Source: Hydrurus foetidus
Lineage: Eukaryota
DNA: 44,147 nucleotides
Assembly: GCA_900617105.1 (NCBI GenBank)
Contig: UYFQ01000127.1
Span: 1 to 44,147, forward strand
Reading direction: 5' to 3'
The notes under the pieces were generated by a model. The model saw nothing but the letters and a program-made list of their open reading frames with translations. It made no database searches and was not told the origin of the DNA. Below are positions 1-10,721 of the stretch, in pieces. The position numbers and the translations under genes were made by a program. Position 1 is the stretch's first letter; every line of letters begins with the position of its first letter.

Positions 1-1153
1 TCCGTGTTGCCAAAAGATGTCGGCAATGAAATATCCCATCAACGCATACCGGTACACAACCTCAACATACAAGCCAATGGAATGCCTTAACATAGACTTC
101 ATTGGTCCATTTCCCGATAAAGGATATATCCTTGTTATGATCGACACCTTCTCAAGGTTTGTCGAACTCTACGCAACACCTGATGCAACAGCCAAATCAG
201 CGTGCACAGCACTTGTAGAACACGTGGGACGCTACGGCTCACCATGTATACTTCGATCAGATAATGGACCCCACTTCGCAAGCCACATCATAGATGAGTT
301 TGTGAAGATTGTTGGAACAACACACAACAAAATATTACCATACTGTTCAGAAGAAAACGCTATCGTCGAGCGAATCAACAAAGAAATCAATCGCCATATA
401 ACCGCGTACGCATACGAACGGGCAACTACGGAAAACTACGCGGAAATATTACCGTTTGTTCAAAGAATACTAAATTCAACCGTAAATGACCGGATGAAGG
501 TGTCTCCAGCACAACTCATCTATGGCAACGCGATCGACCTCGACGCAAACATCCTCCTCCCGAGAGATGAAATTGATTTAGATTTCGACTCACTCACACG
601 GTCAACTGATAAAATGTTAACGTTGCAAGATGAACTCATCGAAATCACCGCACGTCTACTCAAAGAATCCGACGACTTGCACAATGCACAACAACTTCCC
701 AACGTCACACAGTTCGGAGTCGACACATTTGTACTTGTCCAACAAAGAACATCACCAGAAACGCGCATGCACACACTGTGGCGCGGCCCAATGCGAGTTG
801 TCAGCCACAACTTCGCAGAGTATACATTACTCGATCTGGTAACACACAAAGAAAAGTTGTACCACATGACCCAACTAAAACCGTTTCACTTTGATCCTAC
901 GCATGTCGATCCAACTGACATCGCTCGTAGAGATTATCTAGAATTCTTCATACAGGAGATCCTAGAAATGAAAGGAAACATAAGAGCATACAAATCACTC
1001 ACATTTCATGTGAAATGGCTCAACTACACCCATGAACACAACACATGGGAACCGTGGACACACATGCGTAAAGCGCAAAAAGTACATGAGTTCTTAATCA
1101 AAAAGAACCTCAAACACTTAATACCACGCGAATTCATCGCAAACTACCGTTAA
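1..1153 (+). CDS. Ty3/Gypsy pol C-terminus: integrase + chromodomain (5'-truncated by window edge)
   Basis: The frame is open from base 2 (PCCQKM, end of the HHCC finger). DDE core: IDFIGP...SDNG...VER. GPY/F-like motif LWRGPM. Chromodomain FFIQEIL...VKWLNY...TWEP. Confidence 0.95.
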   Translation, partial: PCCQKMSAMKYPINAYRYTTSTYKPMECLNIDFIGPFPDKGYILVMIDTFSRFVELYATPDATAKSACTALVEHVGRYGSPCILRSDNGPHFASHIIDEFVKIVGTTHNKILPYCSEENAIVERINKEINRHITAYAYERATTENYAEILPFVQRILNSTVNDRMKVSPAQLIYGNAIDLDANILLPRDEIDLDFDSLTRSTDKMLTLQDELIEITARLLKESDDLHNAQQLPNVTQFGVDTFVLVQQRTSPETRMHTLWRGPMRVVSHNFAEYTLLDLVTHKEKLYHMTQLKPFHFDPTHVDPTDIARRDYLEFFIQEILEMKGNIRAYKSLTFHVKWLNYTHEHNTWEPWTHMRKAQKVHEFLIKKNLKHLIPREFIANYR

Positions 1154-1347
1154 CCGGTAAAAATAAAACAAAAAATTGATTAACTAAATCATAAAGATTC
1201 CTCCTAAATTGGATCCTCAGGGATTTTAAGGAGGTTTATTCAGTAAGGAACTTTCAGTTCTTAGTCTGAAATAGTTATTCAATAAGTTAGTTACTTACTC
1301 ATAGTTAGTATTTTGATGATGAATTTTGTCATTTAGTACACCCCTTT

Positions 1348-1360
1348 AGAGAGAGAGGGG
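1348..1360 (+). promoter_or_regulatory. Polypurine tract of left LTR retrotransposon
   Basis: AGAGAGAGAGGGG followed by CAC and then TGTGACCCG. The same arrangement occurs in the right-hand element. Confidence 0.85.
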
Positions 1361-1363
1361 CAC

Positions 1364-1580
1364 TGTGACCCGCACACCCGTACGGGCTGTACGGGTACAG
1401 GCGTACGTTCGGACCGGATCGAGGACGATCCGATCCATCCGATTCATTGCCATGATACCTGCTGTGTTTACCTGTAAGCTAACCACATTGTTTCCATCGC
1501 AATAGCTCTCCCAGCTTCCTTTCCCTTGCTCCCGCTCCCAGCCGTCCCGCTCCCAACGCCCAGATCCTGGCAAGGCCACA
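1364..1580 (+). mobile_element. 3' LTR (~217 bp) of left Gypsy element
   Basis: TG...CA ends with imperfect inverted termini TGTGACC/GGCCACA. It follows the PPT and aligns with the reverse complement of 42776-42959. Confidence 0.8.
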
Positions 1581-2243
1581 CTTATGTTATCGTGTATATA
1601 GGGTTCATAGGGCCCATATAAGTCATTAATGACAGTTCGGGATGAAGCGGCGAGAGCGTTTTAGCAATATTGATGAACATGTTAAGATATTACTTATTAC
1701 TTAAAGAGAGAATGTTGATACCATGATGAATCATAAATATATCATCGCTAGATGCATTATCATAGAACACTTTTAAGCATTTGACGTCAGATTCGGATGG
1801 TTTCTCACAGCAATAACAATATGAACTTTTTACTCAATAGTCGATGAATAATTTTGATCTTTGTCAATGCCCCATGCCTCATGTTCAGCAGCTTACAGTG
1901 CGCCAAGGTGTGGCCGTATCTAATCGTTTACGGGAAAATATTTTACCGGAAACGAGAAAATTTAGCCGGATCCCGTTAAAGTACCTTATAAGGAAATTCG
2001 TAAACGGTTCTTTGAATACGGATTTTGACCCATTTCCGTGTATTTCAGCTAATTAATTCTATTTAAGCACAGGGGTAGCACCCAACATTTAGACCCCCCT
2101 GGTTTGAAGCCTTTCCATTCATCAGAAAAAATTAAAAAATAGCCTACATTTTTCTTCAGACACAGACGAGTTCAAAAACGTACTCAGAATTAGAGTGTGA
2201 GAAAAACTAAAAACTCCGGGTCCTAGAATTTTTTGAAATCAGG

Positions 2244-2436
2244 CAGCGAACCTATACGACATTTTTCGACAAGAAAACCGGGCGAAAAACCGGGAAAAAT
2301 CGGCCGAAAATCAAAAGCGGCGGTTTCAAAAGGCCTGGTTTTGGGTGCCTGCGTTCATTTTTGAGTGCAGCAAAACCAAAACCGGCGGTTTTTCAGCCGG
2401 TCTGATTTTTTCGACAAATGTCGTATAGGTTCGCTG
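2244..2436. mobile_element. MITE, 193 bp, CAG-initiated TIRs (hAT-like ends)
   Basis: CAGCGAACCTATACGACATTT at 2244 has its exact reverse complement ending at 2436. The interior is non-coding and no clean TSD is visible. Confidence 0.8.
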
Positions 2437-5400
2437 TAATAAGACCGTTCCATACGGCATGAGTTCTGGGTTCTTGGAATTTTTAAATTCCCAGAACTCA
2501 AAAACTCAGAACTCGAGTTCTATTCCTCTGCATTCCGGCCGCAACCCGGTCGAACGATACCGTACCTCCCGGTTAAGGGGTTTGCCTTTAAACAACCCTT
2601 AAACCGGATAGGTACACGCGATAACGTACTGTTTATAAACTCGTGTGAGTTGTCCTACAGGTGGCGTCACACGCGCGCCTGCCAGAGCCCACCCACCCTA
2701 TCCGCGTGGCCGCTGACTCAGTCGGCTGCGCTGGCATAAGATGGACCGTGGACCCAGATAAGCCCTTCACCGGCTGGCGCACATGCGGTCAGACAAAACA
2801 CATTTACACAAAAACGTATCATAGGAATGGTTGGCTACGGGGTGAATAAAAAAGCGACACTGCTGCAATGATTAGCACGCAGGTACAGTGCATCAAACGC
2901 TGCGATCAAGTCGTGACCGCAGGTTTCAAAGAGTGTGATGCATGCATCTAAGGTAGCTATGCGACGAGACTTGCGTCTCTCAAGATGAGTGATGTGGATG
3001 GAAGGCTATACGGGATGGCCCAGGTGCTTGGAATTCCGGTCCAGAGAACCTATCCTACCCTCCGCAACCTCCGGTTATCCTCTAATTCTATTCCTCTGCA
3101 TTCCGGCCGCAACCCGGTCGAACGATACCGTACCTCCCGGTTAAGGGGTTTGCCTTTAAACAACCCTTAAACCGGATAGGTACACGCGATAACGTACTAT
3201 TTATAAACTCGTGTGAGTTGTCCTACAGGTGGCGTCACACGCGCGCCTGCCAGAGCCCACCCACCCTATCCGCGTGGCCGCTGACTCAGTCGGCTGCGCT
3301 GGCATAGGATGGACCGTGGACCCAGATAAGCCCTTCACCCACAACCACCTAGGGCGCTGCTGGTTGTTTCGTAGCTGTGGAAGTGGTCACAGCTGGTCGT
3401 ACGTCTTCTCGCAACCGTACTCAGGTCATAACGACGTGAGACTCAACCATGTAATTCCCCCTGCCCCTACGGTTGTTCTTCGTGACACACAGGGCGTACG
3501 TGTGAATGATGCCCTCATTTATGAAAAAGTGCGAGCTGGGGTAGTCGGGTGGGATACCGTTCCTACGACAGGTGTGCTTCAGCTAGTCCCCGTTCGATCT
3601 GCCCGTACATACTGTCCTGTATGCTTCAGCTCCTTGTGCACAACGAACACGACCGAGTCATTCAGGAACTCGCTTTCAGCTACCAATCTGCTCCGTTGGT
3701 GGTGATCTTGCCCCTTGCGCTCACGCTCATGACCCGTCACCCTGCTACTTGACCGTGCCCCTCCCCCGCCTTTCCTAAAAGGCGGTCAGTTAAGATACTC
3801 CCCACCAGGCGTTTCGATGCAGACGCGATCTCAGTTACGGTAGAAAGGTCGTCTGGCTGTTCCGTTGCTCTTTGTGTCCTCTCCGATTCCGGCAGATAGC
3901 TGGAAACTAAAAATGCAAGCCAGATATACCGCCCTCAGTATGATATCGGCCGCGGATTTGTAGTACATCTGATCGATGACATCGGCACGCATCCTCCTCG
4001 ACCTCTTTATTCTTCTTTTCCTGTTCTTGACCTGCGCTGACACCCATGATACCTCTGCGCCCTTTACCGTACCCGCACCGCACCACCTGCGCATAGTGCT
4101 GGCTCCTCTGACGAGGCGGCCAATCATCGCGCTTTATTCTGAAAGGTAGATGTTGGTGCGGGGTAGGGTAAGTCTTCGCTCTCTTATATGATTACGGTAA
4201 GGGCTTGCACTCGTGTGCTTGCGCCCTTACCAGTGCTATAGCCGCGTGGTATCTTTACAGATACAGTATACCACGCAGCCGTAGCACACACACATACAAT
4301 GCACTGAGCTTGCTACCGTCAACATGACGGCAGGACTGCTACTCACTGTAGCAGTCGGGCCTTCTCTACGGCTACGCACAGGTACCATAGACAGTGCAAG
4401 TTGCTATACCACAAGTGCAATCAGAGGCTTGTCATAACAAGCTTGTCACAAGTGCATAGACTGCATTAATATATTACAGGGCTGTTTCTTGTGCACGTGA
4501 AATCAGCCATCACAGCGTGTACTGGGCCACACGGCCACGACAGTGCACACTCGACTCATTATCACACATGCACAGACAGTCACACCTATGAATAAAACAT
4601 CAAACAACACAATGGGGCTGTTTCTTGTGCATGTGAAGACTGCCCGACCAGGACAGTCTGCTATCTTCGGCTCACTGGCCTCAGACGGTGTATACCAGTC
4701 TACCACAGATGGTACACACCGGGCGCCACTTGTCACACATGCACAGACAGACACACCCATCAATGCTATGTTGTACGCAATCAAACGATACACATCGTTT
4801 TTTGCTTACGCAGGGTGTGGATTCAACATCGGTTAATCGTGTTGAATCCACAAAGCATCAACGCATACGCACACCACCAACACTATGGTGCCGTAAGTTC
4901 AAATCAGCTTATCACTATAATGATCGCCTGCGACTTATTTATAACAATACAATCTCACCTGGAGGCATACACAGACTAGATTCTTGCCGCTCACTGCGGT
5001 GCAGCCTTCTAGACGGCTTACTCGACAACCTTCGCACGGATGGCCACCCGTGGAGCTATGGTGTGCGACGTGTTGCTCGCAGTGCACGATGCCTCGTCGC
5101 CTTACAGCCTCTGCATGGAGGCCTCAGCATTCATGCTGGCCACTTCCTCTCCTTCTAAATAGGTCGGACTGTTGACCTCCTCGTATGGGTGATAATGCTG
5201 TGCAAGGACTAGCGCACCCTTTGCATCGACAGTGCGGCTTTGCTTCAACTTCTGATCTGATCTATCGCGTGAATCTCGCCTGCCACTCACGAAAACACCC
5301 CCAATACCTTTTCGCGCTGTGGAGTAGGAGAGAAGTGTCTGTACCTCATGGTCGTTCTCGTTTACGCTCGGAATCGATCCTAGTTCCTTATCGATACTGT

Positions 5401-6391
5401 CTCTCCTTTTTCTTTTCTTCTCTCTTTACTTCTCGCACTTCATATAGCAGAATTCTTATTCTATCTTCGTCGACTTTTTTTTTTTTTCTTTTTTTTCTTT
5501 TTCTTTGTTGTTGTTCTTATGTAACGATTATGATTCACTATTGAAAAAACATTTTTCATTTGATTTCAAATTTGATCCGATTTTTCGACGAAAGTTCAAT
5601 TCTCTCTTTTGCGTCAGTCGTTATTCACATTCTTTTTCTCTGTGACGAAGATGTCATTTTGATGTGCCATGATAGAGAAAATTATTTGCAACATGAGCGT
5701 AAAAATTTAGAAATGACCCACCAAGGTCCAAAAGGTCGGCGAAAGACGGAATACTACTTTTTATTTCGCATCAAGTACTAAAAAATGTATAATATTCCGT
5801 ATTCCAAATCAATCCACTTCCCTTTTCTCTTTCTCAAAGAATGATACCATTTAACATATAGTCGAAAAAAAAGAAGGGGGGAGAGTGATATCTCAATATC
5901 CCCGTATTCATTATTCGTTGATCGCTTTCCTGTACCTTTGTTGAATTTCAATTAATTGCTCACATTTATTTTTTCATTTTGTTATTTTTTTCATTCTTCG
6001 ATTATTTTATTTTTCGATTCAATTAGGAGCAGTTGGATTGGATATTCAATCACGATTTTCTACGCTTCCGGGAAATTCTAACATGTTAAGGTCGGGGAAA
6101 GGCGGACTAACACCCTACATTTCTTATCGAGTACCGGAAAATACATAATATTCCGTATTTTCCATTTCTACACTTATTGCTCTCATATCTTTATTTATCT
6201 TCATTTTATATCTCATCCCCTTATTTCTTCTATTTCTCAATTCAGATTTGTACAATTATTTTATTCGCTCATGTCGGAATACGATATCACTCATAATTTT
6301 TTCTCTGGTTTTTCCCTCTTCTTCGCACCTCATTGTAGGTAAAAATGTCTTCGCGAAACTCCTTTGCTCCTATCTCCCACAACTCGCAGGT

Positions 6392-6477
6392 GCGCGAATA
6401 GATCAGCGGTAGAGCGACGGTTAGCAAGAAAAAACGTCGTTACCAGTCACGGGATCGATCCCCGTCGGATGCGTTTT
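6392..6477 (+). pseudogene. tRNA-like / Pol III promoter sequence inside the split-repeat element
   Basis: A-box-like TAGATCAGCGGTAGAGCG, a perfect T-arm ACGGG-ATCGATC-CCCGT, then TTTT. The acceptor stem pairs poorly. Confidence 0.5.
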
Positions 6478-6589
6478 ACTTACAACAGAGCAGACGTCGA
6501 AGTAACAGAAAGCTCGTGATGATAAACTCTGGTTGGCAACTGATTTGCCCAATAGTGGACGGCGAAAAGAAAAACACTGTATTCCATTA

Positions 6590-7040
6590 GTGTAGTAAAG
6601 TGCCTGACCAACCGCAGCCGAGTTTGAAGATAAAACCCGTTAAGGCCGGCTCCACTTTCGTCATCGACTCATGCGAGTGCTAAATACCGACCAATAATAT
6701 CTTCGGCTGGCTCGACACCCCTACCCTCCTCGAGACTCCCGCAATAGGAAAATTTGCGACTTCAGAGACGGCATCGAGAATCGGAGTGTCTCTCGCAAGA
6801 ACCCAAGACGACGGTATTGCAATAAGAATATTTTCCGCAATTGTCACCGTTAAAGCTGACTGTGATTTAGCATCGAAAAAACAGACCTCTCCTCGTCGCT
6901 GACACCGCCGAATATCCCGCCGGTGCTGATCGACGGTACTACCTCAAGTCACATAGCTTGCTGATTAGTATCCCCTCAGAACTTTCCGTTGTCATTATAG
7001 TGCATGGTACATGGCCTTAATATTTCGAAAGCCACTACAA
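6590..7040 (+). pseudogene. Possible decayed tyrosine recombinase C-terminal region
   Basis: Fragments in different frames (SVVKCL, FATSETASR, LKSHSLL...HGTW.*YFESHY) resemble the DIRS-type HSxR...W...F..HY motifs. The Arg is replaced by Leu, spacing is off and stops are present. Confidence 0.4.
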
Positions 7041-7506
7041 ATTATTCTCTCTCGTACTCTGAGGCTGAGAATTTTGGGCCGCTCCTTTGATGTGAGTCGC
7101 TGCGTCTATCGACAGAACATCCTGGGCTGAATATAAACGGAACGATAATCACCCCTATCATCCAGCGCATAATGTGGATCATTAGAAGTTCCCAAAACCT
7201 CATCATTTTGCGTACTAACACGCTAAAATAAAAAAGCGACACTGCTGCAATGATTAGCACGCAGGTACAGTGCATCAAACGCTGCGATCAAGTCGTGACC
7301 GCAGGTTTCAAAGAGTGTGATGCATGCATCTAAGGTAGCTATGCGACGAGACTTGCGTCTCTCAAGATGAGTGATGTGGATGGAAGGCTATACGGGATGG
7401 CCCAGTTGCTCGGAATTCCGGTCCAGAGAACCTATCCTACCCTCCGCAAGCTCCGGTTATCCTCTAATTCTTGAAAAATGGCCCTGTTTTTCCAGAACTC
7501 GAGTTC

Positions 7507-8258
7507 CCAGTGCTGTCAAAAAGTCCGCACGGTGTCAAAAAGTCCGCACGGTTACTTCAGTCCCGATATCTCCATGGATAAATTTCAAATAACACTTCGG
7601 AAAACTGCTTTCATGTAATTTGATAGTGCTTTCCGTGAATTCGAAATGAAAAAGTCCAAAAATAATTTTATTCCACTGATGTTTCCTCACCTCAATATTC
7701 GATTTTTCCAAATTTGACCAAACTTGTTTTTAGAGAGAAATAGGGTGTTCATCAAGTTAAGAATAATTAACTTAGTATGGAACCGCGAGGGTTTGACTTG
7801 AAACGGAAGATTTCTCGAGATACAATGACTTCAGTCGTAAATCGAGGTGTTTTCCAACGGAATCGGTGAAAAAAACACACCCGAAAACCGTAAAAACACC
7901 TCGATTTACGACTGAAGTCACTGTATCTCGAGAAATCTTCCGTTTCAAGTCAAACCCTCGCGGTTCCATACTAAGTTAATTATTCTTAACTTGATGAACA
8001 CCCTATTTCTCTCTAAAAACAAGTTTGGTCAAATTTGGAAAAATCGAATATTGAGGTGAGGAAACATCAGTGGAATAAAATTATTTTTGGACTTTTTCAT
8101 TTCGAATTCACGGAAAGCACTATCAAATTACATGAAAGCAGTTTTCCGAAGTGTTATTTGAAATTTATCCATGAAGATATCGGGACTGAAGTAACCGTGC
8201 GGACTTTTTGACACCGTGCGGACTTTTTGACACCGTGCGGACTTTTTGAGAGCACTGG
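7507..8258. mobile_element. Fold-back non-autonomous DNA transposon, 752 bp
   Basis: Near-perfect inverted arms of ~345 bp around a ~40-bp spacer. Subterminal 19-bp repeats GTCAAAAAGTCCGCACGGT (2 left, 3 right). TSD is GTTC (7503-7506/8259-8262), or TT if the ends are CCCAG. Confidence 0.9.
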
Positions 8259-8666
8259 GTTCTGAGTTTTTGAGTTCTGGAAAAATTCACGTATTTTCCG
8301 CCCCATAGGGTGATTTTACGAAATCCCAGATCCTGAACTCGTGCCGGAAGGAACGGTCTAAAGGTAAACCACTCTACGGTAAAAAGTAAAAAGTAAAAAT
8401 TAAAAAATAAAAATTGGGTACACATATCAACCGGAAGGTTCCATGCGTGCGTACTGCACTCCGATCGGATTGGCACCATCCCTTCACGGAGACGATCCCC
8501 GATAGCCCGAATGGAGAAGGTCCCTATCATTGTGTGTCTTACGGTACGGGGTAGATTACGAAGCGTCCCCAAAAATTACCTATGTACCAATCCCAACTAA
8601 ATTTTGGTCAACCCGCAGCCCGCAACCCGCAGTCTCCACTTCGGAATATTGCCGACAACCCAAGGG

Positions 8667-10685
8667 ATGAACAACTTAGGATCTGATACGGCGATACCAG
8701 TGACTGGTCAACTCCCAACGGGTCTGGTAACGCTATTTCACAGTGATGACGATACTGATGTAATATGTGATCCTCGACTAGAAAAAATTCACTCAAATCC
8801 TGCGATCTACTTCGTGGGAAACTTCTTGAGTGCGGCGGAAATAGACTACTTTGATGACAGAATCTCTCAGCTTGAGAGAAAATTTCAAGCAACAGTAGCG
8901 GTTGCTGAATTTGGGAATTCCCAATTATCTGAGAGTGATTCTTCATCGTCGACAATCCTACATAAGAGCGAGGATTCCATTCTGCGCCACATTGAGAATG
9001 AAGCCGCTGGTAAGTCATGATGAGCAGCACTTCCTCTGATAGTAGATTGGGAGACGTTGATTTGAAAATATAAGTTGGCTACACTTCGGAAAGAGATCAA
9101 CATACAAACTTGTTCTCTTCTCGAGATGGAACAAATCCATTCATATAATCTATAACCATCGCAACCGTTCTTCCGCGCAGGGCTTGTTGGGCTCGATGTC
9201 GGATGCGTTGAACCCCTACAGATTGTTTCCTACTTACCAGGACAATCGACGGAACTTCATCACGATGCCGTGCAGAATATTCCTGGCATGGGGAATGTTC
9301 CTAAGAGGTAATTATGCGGCTATCTTTTGATGCTCCCATCATCTATGCTGATGCGATAGCTTGGCTACTGCAATATCAATATCTAATCTTATACTGTTTT
9401 GTGTTTTGCATTGATCATGAGCATTCATTTGAAAATTATTCTGAAATCTACTGTGCAACAAAAAGCTTGTTCTTATTTTATTTGTCTACCAAGACTTATG
9501 TCAGTATTCTTAACAGAATTCTCAATTCTGAATCCACTATTCCTATCATCGCAGACTTGTCACTCTTATGCTCTTCTTGAATGATCTGCCCGAGAGTCAA
9601 GGGTCAACAATGTTCACTTCACTCAATCTCGGTGTCACACCAGAAAAAGGTACGAGGTCCATGGAACGAAATACTAGATATGATAGACTCCTATTTATTC
9701 TATAGTGTTTATTCTAGCTTAATTGTTTCTCCATGTGTACGTATTATAAAATCTCTCAATTCAAATTTTACATTTATTCTTCTTTGAAAATTCTTGTTTT
9801 AATTCTGTCCGGTCATCAAGTGTGTTAGTTAAGGACCATTGTTAGATTTATTATTTGTTAGTATCTAAATATGATCATATTCCTTACTTTTTCTAGGTTG
9901 TGGCATTCTGTTTTGTAATTATTTGCCCAATGGCGAGCTAGACGAACGTACAGTGCACAAAGACTGTACGGTAGCCGCGGGGCTATTTAAGTATGGAGTT
10001 AATATACGAATGTCAGGTATTATCATGTTTGTTATTTATGATATAACGCCATTGATATTTACATATCTAAAATTGAGTTTCTTTTGTTATGCCAAGAATG
10101 AAATGTCAACATTATTGGAACAACGAACACATATTCATTTTTGATTAAAATAAAATTTCTCGCTCATTATGTGATGATACCCCACAGACTCTAGTGCCAA
10201 TTATCCCGCATGTGAAGTAATGGCAGAGAACGCACAGAGTACAGATACCTCTCAGATTCCAAGACACAGATCCAAGGTCCATGTCGCGGACACACTGACA
10301 GCACTCTACACACTAGGACTACAGGTGGAACATTCCTTGATTTCATTTTGATTTCATTTATCTTCTTTGCTCCATTTACTCTATGACATCTTGATTTCTT
10401 TTCCGTTTATATTTTTATTTTTTTAGTTATTTCGTTCCTTATCTGTATTGACTTTTTCCTCGCTCCTCTTTATATTTTTATTTTATTTTTATTTTTCTTG
10501 TTTTCACTTTATAATCATGTTTAGAATATCTACTTATCATAGTACTCCTTATTCCCGCTACTATTTTTATCAGTGTCTTCCTTTCCCGACAGTATCGGAC
10601 AGCACCGTAGCGCATAGAAATTGGGCAATAGGTACGTACATCTCAATTATTATCTTTCTTCCTTATTTATATATTTATTTATTTC

Positions 10686-10721
<36 letters not shown>

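Larger units (their letters stand above)
2518..7471. mobile_element. Split-direct-repeat tyrosine-recombinase-class retroelement (TOC1/PAT/Ngaro-like), non-autonomous or decayed
   Basis: Repeat A lies at 2518-2771 and 3086-3339 (2 mismatches seen). Repeat B lies at 2845-3089 and 7227-7471 (3 mismatches seen). The order is A-unique-BA-internal-B, and a TTCT core is shared by both ends and the internal BA junction. Confidence 0.85.
2443..8358. mobile_element. PIF/Harbinger (Tourist-like) MITE of ~210 bp, split by two nested insertions (own sequence 2443-2520, 7471-7506, 8263-8358)
   Basis: TIRs GACCGTTCCATACGGCATGAGTTC and GAACTCGTGCCGGAAGGAACGGTC. TAA TSD at 2440-2442 and 8359-8361. The internal inverted arms rejoin when the inserts are removed. 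Confidence 0.8.

Noticed and set aside
2101..2130. Minus-strand CTGATGA...GAAA hammerhead-like core
   Set aside because: There is no room for stem II and no flanking helices.
2661..3705. Duplicated ORFs beginning MASHARLPEP
   Set aside because: They arise from terminal repeat A with a GTG start and show no protein-family features.
7514..7552. 19-bp repeats as a CRISPR-like array
   Set aside because: They are tandem with no spacers and are subterminal repeats of the fold-back element in eukaryotic DNA.
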